Source: a virus
Lineage: Duplodnaviria > Caudoviricetes
IMG/VR virus record: IMGVR_UViG_3300017777_005280
Location: 1-25,820 of that record
DNA length: 25,820 bases
Direction: 5' to 3' (one strand)
The notes beneath the pieces are model-generated. The model was not told the DNA's origin and ran no database searches. It worked only from the letters and a program-made list of their open reading frames with translations. Positions 1 through 9,039 of this stretch are shown here, one piece after another. How positions within the stretch are numbered: the stretch's first letter is position 1; each line of letters opens with the position of its first letter. The position numbers and the translations under genes are program-made.

Positions 1-1
1 C

Positions 2-1357
2 GACGCCGGCGTCGATGCCAAAGTCAGGTACCCCGTGTTTGCGTGCGATGGGTGGTCCAGCTTCTCGACGCTGACGAGCGGCGGCGTAACGCGCGGGATG
101 ATTAACCTCGACGATACGCTGCTCTGGGTGATGAGCGGTGGCAACTTGTACAGCGTGACCACCGGCGGCACCGCGACAAACCGAACAGCGGTGGCGACCT
201 CGGGCTATGCGTATTTTGCACGCAACCGGGCCGCCACGCCCGATATCGCAATGGTGACGAGCGACGGGCTAACGCGGCTCATCAGCGGCACGTCAGTCAC
301 CACGCCAACCTATGCGGGTGGTGTGGATCAAGCGCTGTTTAACTCTGTGTGCCAGCTCGACGGCCATTTCGTGTTCACGAAGTCGGACGGCGAGTTCTAC
401 GCGTCGGGCATCGATGCGACCACTATCGACGAGCTCGATTTTGCCAAGGCCTCGACCTACGCGGACGGATTAACCCGCGGCGTCGTTCGTGGCCGTGATC
501 TCGTGCTGATGGGGCCGAAATCAACCGAGTTCTGGCAAAATGTCGGCAACATCGATTTTCCATTTCAGCGCGTGCACGTGACAGCGATCGGTGCCTATGC
601 CGCTCCCGCGGTCGTGCCGCTCGTGGGTGTCACTGATGGCGTGACTAGCGACACCGTGATCTGGCCCGCTTCAGGGCCTGATGGGTCATATATCGGCGTG
701 ATGCTGATGGGCGGCTATGACGCCAAGAAAATCAGCACACACGAGATCGACGCCGCGATCCGCGCTGCAACCAAGGCCAATCTCCGAGCCTACAGCTACG
801 CCACTCAGGGCGTGACGTTCTATTGCATCACTGATGCGGCGACGTTCACCTATGAGTTCAACTGCAAAACGTCGTTTTGGCACCAACGCAAGGGCTCTGG
901 CTTGTCGTTTTCGCGCATCGTGGATGCCTGCGAGTTCAACGGCGCCACGATTTTCGGGGACTACACGTCGGCCCTGATATATCAGCGATCAGCCTCGCAA
1001 ACCCCGGCATCAGCGAGTGAACTGGAGCTGCGTAAATCCCGCGACAACGGCACGACCTGGAGCAGCGCTAGAACCAAGGCGATTGGCGGCAGTGCGGCGC
1101 GCAAGACGCGGCAGAAATTCCCTTGGCTGGGCCAGTCCGGCGAGGACGGCATGCTAGTGGAATTGACCATCACAAACGCCCTCGTCGAGGGAGCGAACGG
1201 CGTAGCAATGTCGATCATCCCGCCGACTTTGCACGGATGGCCGAACCGCACGACCTCGGACACTTTGTACGTCGATTGCATCCCAGGCGTATCGTTGACG
1301 GCCTCCCCGAAAGGTATCCTGCAAATCGGTGTCGATACGAGGGTTGACGCGACATGA
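2..1357 (+). CDS. Tail hub / packaged-DNA stabilisation protein, P22 gp10-like (5' truncated; frame open from position 2)
   Basis: Motifs VCQLDGHFVF, DELDFAKA, GPKSTEFWQN..FPFQR, SRDNGTTWS; position before needle and ejection genes. Confidence 0.85.
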   Translation, partial: DAGVDAKVRYPVFACDGWSSFSTLTSGGVTRGMINLDDTLLWVMSGGNLYSVTTGGTATNRTAVATSGYAYFARNRAATPDIAMVTSDGLTRLISGTSVTTPTYAGGVDQALFNSVCQLDGHFVFTKSDGEFYASGIDATTIDELDFAKASTYADGLTRGVVRGRDLVLMGPKSTEFWQNVGNIDFPFQRVHVTAIGAYAAPAVVPLVGVTDGVTSDTVIWPASGPDGSYIGVMLMGGYDAKKISTHEIDAAIRAATKANLRAYSYATQGVTFYCITDAATFTYEFNCKTSFWHQRKGSGLSFSRIVDACEFNGATIFGDYTSALIYQRSASQTPASASELELRKSRDNGTTWSSARTKAIGGSAARKTRQKFPWLGQSGEDGMLVELTITNALVEGANGVAMSIIPPTLHGWPNRTTSDTLYVDCIPGVSLTASPKGILQIGVDTRVDAT

Positions 1358-2493
1358 CGGCGGAACTTACGCAAGCCATCCCAGGCGCTCACCATCCGTT
1401 CGTCGATCGTTACCGCAACGTCACGTCGGTTTGGTATCCTTGGCTCGTCAAGATACTGGATTTTGTCAACGGGATTGCTCGGGGCGAGCTGCTCGTCGAT
1501 GGCGCGATTACATCGCGGACGCTGGCTACGGGTGCGATTACGGCGGACGCTATAGCAGCCAATGCGATCACGGTGGACAAGATCGACGCGGCCAACATCG
1601 ATGTGCTCGATGGCACATTCGGGGCGCTGCAAACCAACACCACGACGACCCGTGTTCAAATCACAAACGCTTCAAACGAGCTGCGTTGCTATGTCGGGGG
1701 GACGCTTATTGCCTCGATCGGTGCAAACGTCATAACTAACGGGGCATTCATCGCGTGCACTAGCCCGAGTGCAGCATGGTACCCTGCGCAGTTTACCAAC
1801 ACATCAGCCGCTGGCGGCGCGCTGATCTGCGCAACGACCGGCGGCTATACGGTCCAGGCAGATCAGACCACAGCAAGTGCGGGACAGCATTACGCCGGAT
1901 CGTATCGCAACAGTTCCGGCGGTCACGCCGTGCTTGGCGCGTCTTCTGGCAATGGCAGCTACGCGGGTTTGGCCATTTCTGGAACGTGGTCGCCGTTCAC
2001 GGGCTCGCACCCGGGTTTGCTCAGCAAAAGCGAGACACCGGAGGTCGGCGATATCATCGTTGACGGTGCGGTGGTCGCTAAGGCGATCGATGACGTGATC
2101 TGCTACGCAACCAGATCGAGCGCTCCAAACCAGCCGGCAGTCGGGGCCTATACGCATCGATACGCCATGGACGGCGACACGCTGACCCCAGCGCTCGGCC
2201 TGCGCGGCACGGGCAGTGGTGGCGTTCTTACGGATGAGCAATGGGATGTCCTCAAAGCCTCGCATGATTTCTGCGTCATCAACTCGATTGGCGAAGGGTG
2301 CATCAACGTGTGCGGCGAGGGCGGCGATATCACGGCCGGCGATCTTATCGTCACGTCGTCGATGCGGGGTAAGGGTATGCGCCAGTCGGATGATTTCTTG
2401 AGAAGCTACACCGTAGCGCGGGCTCGCGAGGGTTGCACGTTTGCAACTTCCGCGGACACCGCACAGATCGCATGCATTTACGTGAGCGGGTGA
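1354..2493 (+). CDS. Tail needle/fibre protein with ITADAI-type repeats and C-terminal intramolecular-chaperone-like domain
   Basis: gp26-position gene; N-term P..PFVD....TSVWYPWL; ITSRTL/ITADAI/ITVDKI repeats; C-term FTGSH...GEGCINVCGEGGDITAGDLIVTSS..GKGMRQ; ATGA overlap. Confidence 0.7.
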   Translation: MTAELTQAIPGAHHPFVDRYRNVTSVWYPWLVKILDFVNGIARGELLVDGAITSRTLATGAITADAIAANAITVDKIDAANIDVLDGTFGALQTNTTTTRVQITNASNELRCYVGGTLIASIGANVITNGAFIACTSPSAAWYPAQFTNTSAAGGALICATTGGYTVQADQTTASAGQHYAGSYRNSSGGHAVLGASSGNGSYAGLAISGTWSPFTGSHPGLLSKSETPEVGDIIVDGAVVAKAIDDVICYATRSSAPNQPAVGAYTHRYAMDGDTLTPALGLRGTGSGGVLTDEQWDVLKASHDFCVINSIGEGCINVCGEGGDITAGDLIVTSSMRGKGMRQSDDFLRSYTVARAREGCTFATSADTAQIACIYVSG

Positions 2494-2496
2494 CAC

Positions 2497-3603
2497 ATGG
2501 GAGTTTTTGATACCTTAACGGGCGCTTCTACTAAAAAAGCGGTTACCAAAGCCGCGGACGCCAACGCCGCCGGCATTTCCAAGGCTGCGCAAACTTTCAC
2601 CGCGGGCAAGCAGGAAGCGCTTGGCTACAATCAGCAGGGGCTAGACAAATCGTTATTTGCTTCGGAAGGCGGGTATAATCAGGGCCGCGGCGATATCACG
2701 GGTGGAACCCAGATCGCGCACCAAGCGCTCAACGCCGGCGGCACGAACGCGCGTAGAGACATCTCGAGCGGGTTCAACAGCGCGCGTGGTGCGACCGAGA
2801 ACGCGATGCAGCAGATTTCAGAAAATTACGATCCCTATCTGCAGGCCGGCGCTCAAGCGCAATCGCTGTATGGCAATTTTCTCGGCTACAACGGGCCCGA
2901 TGCGGCGAAGGCGGCGGCGGCGAATTTCGCGGGCAATGACCCCGGCCGAGCGTTTAGGGAAGAACAGGCTTCCAAGCGCATAGCAGCACAACAGAACCAA
3001 TCTGGCTTTATCGGATCGGGGCGGGCCCAACTCGCGGACTCACGGGCGCAGAATGAAATCATGTCGGCGGATTATCAGAGCTATCTCAACCGCCTCGCCG
3101 GCCAGTCTCAGCAGGGACAGCAGGCAACCGGCCAGCTCGGTCAATTCCAGATGCAGGGCGCGGGGCAGATCGCCGGCTACTACGGCCAGGAAGCGGCGCA
3201 GAATTCGGCAAACGAACAGCGCCACGCGGAGAGCCTCAAAAATCTCTACACGCAAAACCAAGTCGGAACCGGTCAGCTAGCGATCAATCAGGGCAAGGAC
3301 GCGGCCACCCTCTACGGAAGCGCCGCGACCAATAACCAGAACATCGCCCAAAAGGACACGACACAGCAGGCGCAGTTAAAGCTTGAGGAAGGACAGAACC
3401 TCGCGAAAATGATCATGGGCCAAGACGCGGCAAAGCAGCAGGGCCTAAACAACATGATCAAGATTGGCGGGATGATCGCCGGCGCAATGATCCCTGGGGC
3501 AGGGGGCATTAGCGCATTTGGCAATCTAGCGGGCGGTGTAAGCAGAATGTTTGGGCCCCAGGTGGCGTCGGGTGAGCTTCCGATGGGCCAGTCGAGAGAA
3601 TAA
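2497..3603 (+). CDS. DNA ejection/pilot protein, P22 gp7-like
   Basis: A/G/Q-rich; DPYLQAG..AQSLYGNFLG, DPGRAFREEQ and YQSYLNRL motifs; synteny. Confidence 0.7.
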   Translation: MGVFDTLTGASTKKAVTKAADANAAGISKAAQTFTAGKQEALGYNQQGLDKSLFASEGGYNQGRGDITGGTQIAHQALNAGGTNARRDISSGFNSARGATENAMQQISENYDPYLQAGAQAQSLYGNFLGYNGPDAAKAAAANFAGNDPGRAFREEQASKRIAAQQNQSGFIGSGRAQLADSRAQNEIMSADYQSYLNRLAGQSQQGQQATGQLGQFQMQGAGQIAGYYGQEAAQNSANEQRHAESLKNLYTQNQVGTGQLAINQGKDAATLYGSAATNNQNIAQKDTTQQAQLKLEEGQNLAKMIMGQDAAKQQGLNNMIKIGGMIAGAMIPGAGGISAFGNLAGGVSRMFGPQVASGELPMGQSRE

Positions 3604-3614
3604 GGACACAAACC

Positions 3615-4982
3615 ATGGCGACCCAACCTTTTCGCATCCCAGAAACCCCGGATTACGTCGGATTTGCACGCCAGAACGCGATGCTCGATTTCTCCCCGAT
3701 CAACAACGCGGTCTCGGGGTTTCAGCAGCAGCAGCAGCGCGACGTTGAAAACAAGCGTGCGGAAGACCAGCTAGGGTTCCAGCGCGAGCGTTTGGGAATG
3801 GATAAAGCGAAGTTTTCGGACGATCAGAAAAAGAACGTGGTCGAAACCTTTGGCAATTTAGCGAGGCTTTATGACCCCGCCAAAGATCTAGATGGGTCAA
3901 AATGGACAGGGATTGTGAAGGGTTACGAAGAAAGGATGCGTGCACGCGACCCGTCATTCTCGGGGGTGACGCCAAACTACTATGACCGGGTTCAAGGCCC
4001 TACTTTGATTCTTGGCGAAGCCAAAATGGCAGCACAACAGCTCGAATATGAGAGGAACAAGGCGGCGGACGCTCGGTCAAGTGAGCAACTGCAATTGAAT
4101 CGCGATCAGTCACGGGCGCAGATCGAGGCCAGTCGGGCAAGCGCCAACGCATCCAATGCCAACGCTCAAAACATCGGCAAAACGGACAGTATACGGGAGT
4201 ACCTATTCGCCTTGAACCCGATTCCGATCAAGAACCCAGACGGGACTCCGGGCTACGCCGCAGGGTATGCCGGCAGCTATGACGATTGGCGGAAGGTCCA
4301 GGAAACGAACGCTAACAGGTACGGGTTAAACCCGATTGCGTATAAGAAACTAGACGGAAGCATCGGTTATTACGTGCCGAGCACAAGCGGCCAGACGCGA
4401 GATTTAGAAATACCAGGCGGCGGCACGGCCTTGCCGCCGGTCAGCACGGTCAATTTGCCAGACGTGGTCCAGTTTAGAGATAAGTTCGGCAATCTTATCA
4501 ACAGCGTAACGAAAAATATCGCCGGCGCAGAAATCGAAAAAGAAAAGGGTCAATCCCAGGGAAAAGCAATCGTCGACCTTCCAGGCGTAGAGATGCGCGC
4601 ACAGCTCATGAACGAAGCCTTGGACGCGGTAGAGGCTGGCGTCACAGCAAACCCGCGCATGACGGGAGCTTACACGGGACGGTTGCCAAACGTCACCGGG
4701 ACAGCTCGCGACGTGCAAAGCAAGATCGATCAGGTCCAAGGCAAAGTATTCTTGCAAGCCTATGACAGCCTGCGCGGTGCTGGCGCGATTTCGGAAGGCG
4801 AGGGTAAACCGGCTACGGCCGCAATTTCTCGTCTGCAGGAGGCCGCTGTCGGTACGTCGCAATATCTGGCGGCGATCAAGGATGTTCGCAAAGAAATCAA
4901 GGCGCTTGTCGATATTGCCAGAAAGAAAGCCGGGGGCGGGGCTGCATCAGGTGGCGGCTGGTCTATCCAGAAGGTGCAATAA
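3615..4982 (+). CDS. DNA ejection protein (gp20-position)
   Basis: RBS TAAGGA; Q-rich coiled coil; C-term FLQAYDSLRGAGAISEGEG motif typical of podovirus internal proteins. Confidence 0.65.
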   Translation: MATQPFRIPETPDYVGFARQNAMLDFSPINNAVSGFQQQQQRDVENKRAEDQLGFQRERLGMDKAKFSDDQKKNVVETFGNLARLYDPAKDLDGSKWTGIVKGYEERMRARDPSFSGVTPNYYDRVQGPTLILGEAKMAAQQLEYERNKAADARSSEQLQLNRDQSRAQIEASRASANASNANAQNIGKTDSIREYLFALNPIPIKNPDGTPGYAAGYAGSYDDWRKVQETNANRYGLNPIAYKKLDGSIGYYVPSTSGQTRDLEIPGGGTALPPVSTVNLPDVVQFRDKFGNLINSVTKNIAGAEIEKEKGQSQGKAIVDLPGVEMRAQLMNEALDAVEAGVTANPRMTGAYTGRLPNVTGTARDVQSKIDQVQGKVFLQAYDSLRGAGAISEGEGKPATAAISRLQEAAVGTSQYLAAIKDVRKEIKALVDIARKKAGGGAASGGGWSIQKVQ

Positions 4983-7414
4983 TGGCAAAGTTCCGTATCA
5001 GCGGGCCGGATGGCGGCGTTTACGAAGTCAATGCGCCGGACGATGCCACGGAGGATCAGGTTCTATCCTACGTGCAGCAGAACACGGCGGGGCGTTCGTT
5101 CGCTCAGCCGAAGCTGGCCGCATCTGCCAACGCAGCCAACGAGCCGAGTTTTCTAGCCGGCGTTGCAAATCAAGCCGTCGACGTTGCAAATCAAGGCGTG
5201 CGCGGTATCAACCGCGGCATCAATGCTGCAATGTCGCTTCCTGGCGAGATGGTCGGCGGCGCGGTCAATATGGCAGGCGATGCCATCAACATGATAGCAC
5301 CGGGAACTGTAGAACCTGGGCAGGGCGATCGTTTCAAATTTAACAACGCCGTATCCGAGTTCATGAGCAGCCCGAATTCGACACCGCAGACCGACGCTGG
5401 CCGCTATGCCGATTCAATTGGCCAAGCCCTCGGCGGGAACATCATTCCCGGTGCTGGCATTGCGATGAAAGCACGTCAGGCCGTACCGGCCGCGAAGACG
5501 ACGATCGGCGCGATTGGGCAGAATATCGTCAACGCCTACCGCACGAATCCCGGTGCCGCCGTGGCGACGGACGCGATTTCTGCGACGGGTGCGGGCATTG
5601 GTCTGCAATTGGCTAAAGACCTCGATCTGGGGCCGACGTTGTCGCCGACCGGACAAGTGCTCGGCGCTGTCGCCGGTGGCCTAGCGCCGTTTGGTGCAGC
5701 TGCAGCCTATTCAAGGGCCGCACAAAGCCCTATGCTGGCACGATACAGGACGAGCGCACCTGCTGGAATGGAACCGCAGCCTCAATCCGCAGGTGCCGCC
5801 GTCAACCCCATGCTGGCGGCTGGCGATCCTACACCGCCCGTCACGGGGGCGGATGCTGCCGCCTATCAGTATCTGGCCAACCAGGCGGCGGCCGCTGGTG
5901 TCAAGCCGGGACAACTCGGCGCACGATTAGAACAATCTGACATTGATGCGATCGGCGGACGGTCGGCTTTTGGTCTCGTCGAGCTCGACCCAAGTTACCA
6001 GCGCATAGCTGGATCCCTCGTGCGACAGAACCTAGAAGCCTCGAACTATGGCCAACGGTTTGTGGCGGGACGCCAAACCGGAATAACGCCGCTCGACGGC
6101 ATGCCAGAAAACAGCGGCATCCCAACGCGGCAGTTCATGGAACAAAAATCTCCCATAGATCCGCCGGCCGGCATGTATGAGCGGATGCAAGAAAACGTCC
6201 GCGGGTACCTTCAGGTGCCGCCGCGTTCGGCGTATCGCGTCGATCAAGACCTGTTCGACATTCGTAAACAGCAAGCTCAGGCCAACTATTCAGCCGCCTA
6301 TGACGCAGCAAGCACCGTCAACATCGCTCCAGTGCTGGATACCGTGCTCGACAAGTGGTCGGCTCTTGCGAACGACCCGCGCCAGTTGAAACCTATCGCG
6401 AAAAGGATTGAAAAAGCCGTCAACATTTTTAAGACAAGGGCCGGGACGGTTGAAGACCTAAAACGCTTCCAGGATGGCAAGGAACTGCTTGACGAAGAGA
6501 TTTCGGGGCTGATGGAATCTCCGGTCGGACGCAATAAGAAACTCGGCGGCGTTCTAAACGATTTTAAGAAGGAACTGCTTGCAGCGGTTGATGAAGAAGC
6601 GAACATCGGACCAGCCGGCCCGCTCTACAAAGGCGCTCGCGATGTGTTTAGTTCAACGTCGGAACTGCGCGACGCCCTGCAGATGGGTCGCAACGCACTG
6701 AAGGACGGCTCGGAGGTATCCGGAGATGCGTACCGCGCCATGTCGGCCGGCGAGCAACAGATGTTTCGTATTGGCCTTGCCGATCCGCTGGACCGCTTGA
6801 TGGCTGCTCAAAAGCGCGGGGCAGACGTTACGCAGACATTTCAAAAGCCGAGCGTTCAAGAGCTGCTGATGGAAGTTGGCCCGCAAGATGAGGCAATGAG
6901 GTTCGGGCGAAACATCCAGACCGAAAATACCATAACGCGCACTAACAACGAGGTATTTGGGAACTCTAAAACTCAGCAGCGCGCCGTCGATGACGAGGCG
7001 TTCAATCAGATGGGCGATACAATTGAGGCAATTAAAACGGCAAAGGACGCCATCAAATCGTCTCGTAGCCTGACGGATGCCGGGTTCAATTTAGTGAAAG
7101 GGGCTCTTGAACGATTGGGCGGGTTTAGAGCTGATGCCGCTATGGCGTTGGCAAGAAAGCTGTTCACGGCGGATCGCGCAGAACTCGACGTTATTATCCG
7201 TGAGATCGACGCCCGCATAGGGCCGACCAAATCAGCTCAATTCCAGGACATACTAGATCGCTACCAGGCCAGCGTCGCACGGCAGTCTGCCACCTCAACA
7301 GCAGTAGCGACACAACAGGTAAACCAGCCGCAAACCGGGCCACTTCGTGTCGGTCCTGTCCGGCCAAACCAGACCGGTCAAAACGATCTGTTCAACCGTC
7401 CTCCCGGCCAATGA
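4982..7414 (+). CDS. Large DNA ejection protein (gp16-position), 810 aa
   Basis: N-term MAKFRISGPDG..YEVNAP; glycine-zipper segments; helical C-half with GNSKTQQR; TAATG coupling. Confidence 0.65.
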   Translation: MAKFRISGPDGGVYEVNAPDDATEDQVLSYVQQNTAGRSFAQPKLAASANAANEPSFLAGVANQAVDVANQGVRGINRGINAAMSLPGEMVGGAVNMAGDAINMIAPGTVEPGQGDRFKFNNAVSEFMSSPNSTPQTDAGRYADSIGQALGGNIIPGAGIAMKARQAVPAAKTTIGAIGQNIVNAYRTNPGAAVATDAISATGAGIGLQLAKDLDLGPTLSPTGQVLGAVAGGLAPFGAAAAYSRAAQSPMLARYRTSAPAGMEPQPQSAGAAVNPMLAAGDPTPPVTGADAAAYQYLANQAAAAGVKPGQLGARLEQSDIDAIGGRSAFGLVELDPSYQRIAGSLVRQNLEASNYGQRFVAGRQTGITPLDGMPENSGIPTRQFMEQKSPIDPPAGMYERMQENVRGYLQVPPRSAYRVDQDLFDIRKQQAQANYSAAYDAASTVNIAPVLDTVLDKWSALANDPRQLKPIAKRIEKAVNIFKTRAGTVEDLKRFQDGKELLDEEISGLMESPVGRNKKLGGVLNDFKKELLAAVDEEANIGPAGPLYKGARDVFSSTSELRDALQMGRNALKDGSEVSGDAYRAMSAGEQQMFRIGLADPLDRLMAAQKRGADVTQTFQKPSVQELLMEVGPQDEAMRFGRNIQTENTITRTNNEVFGNSKTQQRAVDDEAFNQMGDTIEAIKTAKDAIKSSRSLTDAGFNLVKGALERLGGFRADAAMALARKLFTADRAELDVIIREIDARIGPTKSAQFQDILDRYQASVARQSATSTAVATQQVNQPQTGPLRVGPVRPNQTGQNDLFNRPPGQ

Positions 7415-7488
7415 GCAACGACATGATGGCAGATCAATACAACCGCGCGGCGAAATATGTGCCCACAGGAGGAATGAACCATGGCTAA
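7411..7488 (+). CDS. 25-aa ORF MSNDMMADQYNRAAKYVPTGGMNHG; probable remnant of the 5' end of the 9040 gene
   Basis: ATGA overlap with upstream stop; 7417-7440 matches 9100-9123 at 21/24 nt. Confidence 0.45.
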   Translation: MSNDMMADQYNRAAKYVPTGGMNHG

Positions 7489-9037
7489 TCCGCAACTCCC
7501 CGGCACAATGATCGTGGACGGCCCGCAATCCCCCTGGGAATCTGCGTTGGCAAAATACCAGCAAGCGCTTGTCGATCTGGACGGTGACGGAATACCCGAT
7601 GGCGTTATGACGCCGGGCGGACAATTCCAGCCGTTCAACAACGACATCGTTTCGACGGCGCAATCTGTTCGTCCCAGCGATCGAGCGCGAATGCGCCAAG
7701 CGGGAAATATTCCCGTGCAAGACCCTGCCGGCGAGGGACGCCTAGGCGAGCGTTGGAACGAAGCGGCCACACGCCGCATTCCTGCCGCGGCCATGGGGGC
7801 GGCTGACCCGATGGGAATTCCGTCTTATGCAGTTGGAATGGTTAGCCCCGCGGCGGGCCAGTGGATGAAAGATATACAATCCGCTGATCCAGACGCCGCC
7901 ATGGTCGGGGGGCTGGCAACGCCGATAGCTGCGAAGGGAGCTGGCGCGATCGTCAATGCGGCGCGCTTAAACCCAATGCTAACGGGCGGCACTCTTGCAG
8001 GTGCCACAGTAGCAACGCCAACTGAAGCCGGACAAGAGACGCCATACGATCAGCAGATGCTGTCGATGACCCAACAACAGGCGGCACTGAGGCAAACAGC
8101 GGACAAGCTGCAAAACAACCGGCGCGCGCTGGAAGAGGCCGCAAACATTGAATCGCAGTCAGGAAAGGGGCGGAACTATCAAGCCAAACTGCAGGCCGTT
8201 GCGGACTGGGATCAGGCAAACGGGCAACAGTTGGCGCAAACCACTGCCCAGATTACGGCCATGGATGGGCGCATCAAGGCCTACGAAGACGAAAACAGCC
8301 CGGCTGCGGTCCGCAAACGCAGTGCGGAGATGTCGACCAAAGACCTTTACCCGTCTGCGACGATCGGAGCGCAGGCGTTGCTAGCTGCTGGAGGACTAGG
8401 CGCGTCTATGGCTATGAAGGGCCGCGCCGTCGGCAGATACAATTCATCGATGGACGATATGTCAGCCGGGCTTACGAGCGCGAATGCAGCCGGTCGCACC
8501 GCAGAGGCAAGCGCACTGACGGCACGTCTAAACGACATGATCAAGAAGGGGCCAAGTTCTGCTGGAACGGTAATGCCGGCCGTCGCCGGATTTGAGCTTG
8601 GCGCGTTTGCGCCGACATTTGGCGACTACTATCGCTCGGGCGGGGATCCCAGCAGTCCGCTGTACCAGAAGGCAATGGGTTCAATGACGGGCGTGACTAA
8701 TGTTAAGGCGGCTGGATTCGATATACCGGTCCCTGACCTTGCCACGCGTATTGCGATGGCTGGGTTGGCCGGGGTTGGTGCCAGCAAGATCAGCAATCGG
8801 GCCGTTGAGGGTGCGAGGGGTCTACGTAACGCGCCAGACACAGCGATGGTACAAGCGGAAGTCAACGGTAGAAATATAAACAATGTGATTGATGCTTTTT
8901 ATCAGCAAAACGGGAAATTCCCAACCCAAGCGGAATTTGCCAAGTTCTCCGCTAGGTATACCCTACCGATCCCGGTTGCAGCCGGTGCAGCAGCCGGCCC
9001 CGTGAACGACATGCTGAACTACTATCAAGGCCAATAG
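7481..9037 (+). CDS. Putative additional virion/ejected protein, 518 aa
   Basis: RBS AGGAGG; DLDGDGIPD motif, coiled coil, Gly/Ala hydrophobic segments; lies in ejection cluster. Confidence 0.55.
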   Translation: MANPQLPGTMIVDGPQSPWESALAKYQQALVDLDGDGIPDGVMTPGGQFQPFNNDIVSTAQSVRPSDRARMRQAGNIPVQDPAGEGRLGERWNEAATRRIPAAAMGAADPMGIPSYAVGMVSPAAGQWMKDIQSADPDAAMVGGLATPIAAKGAGAIVNAARLNPMLTGGTLAGATVATPTEAGQETPYDQQMLSMTQQQAALRQTADKLQNNRRALEEAANIESQSGKGRNYQAKLQAVADWDQANGQQLAQTTAQITAMDGRIKAYEDENSPAAVRKRSAEMSTKDLYPSATIGAQALLAAGGLGASMAMKGRAVGRYNSSMDDMSAGLTSANAAGRTAEASALTARLNDMIKKGPSSAGTVMPAVAGFELGAFAPTFGDYYRSGGDPSSPLYQKAMGSMTGVTNVKAAGFDIPVPDLATRIAMAGLAGVGASKISNRAVEGARGLRNAPDTAMVQAEVNGRNINNVIDAFYQQNGKFPTQAEFAKFSARYTLPIPVAAGAAAGPVNDMLNYYQGQ

Positions 9038-9039
9038 CC

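Noticed and set aside
1354-2493. Diversity-generating retroelement or invertible tail-fibre system
   Set aside because: No reverse transcriptase, invertase or template repeat found in the window
982-2496. Long minus-strand ORFs (225 and 230 aa)
   Set aside because: Antisense shadows of well-supported tail genes in GC-rich DNA; no motifs or RBS
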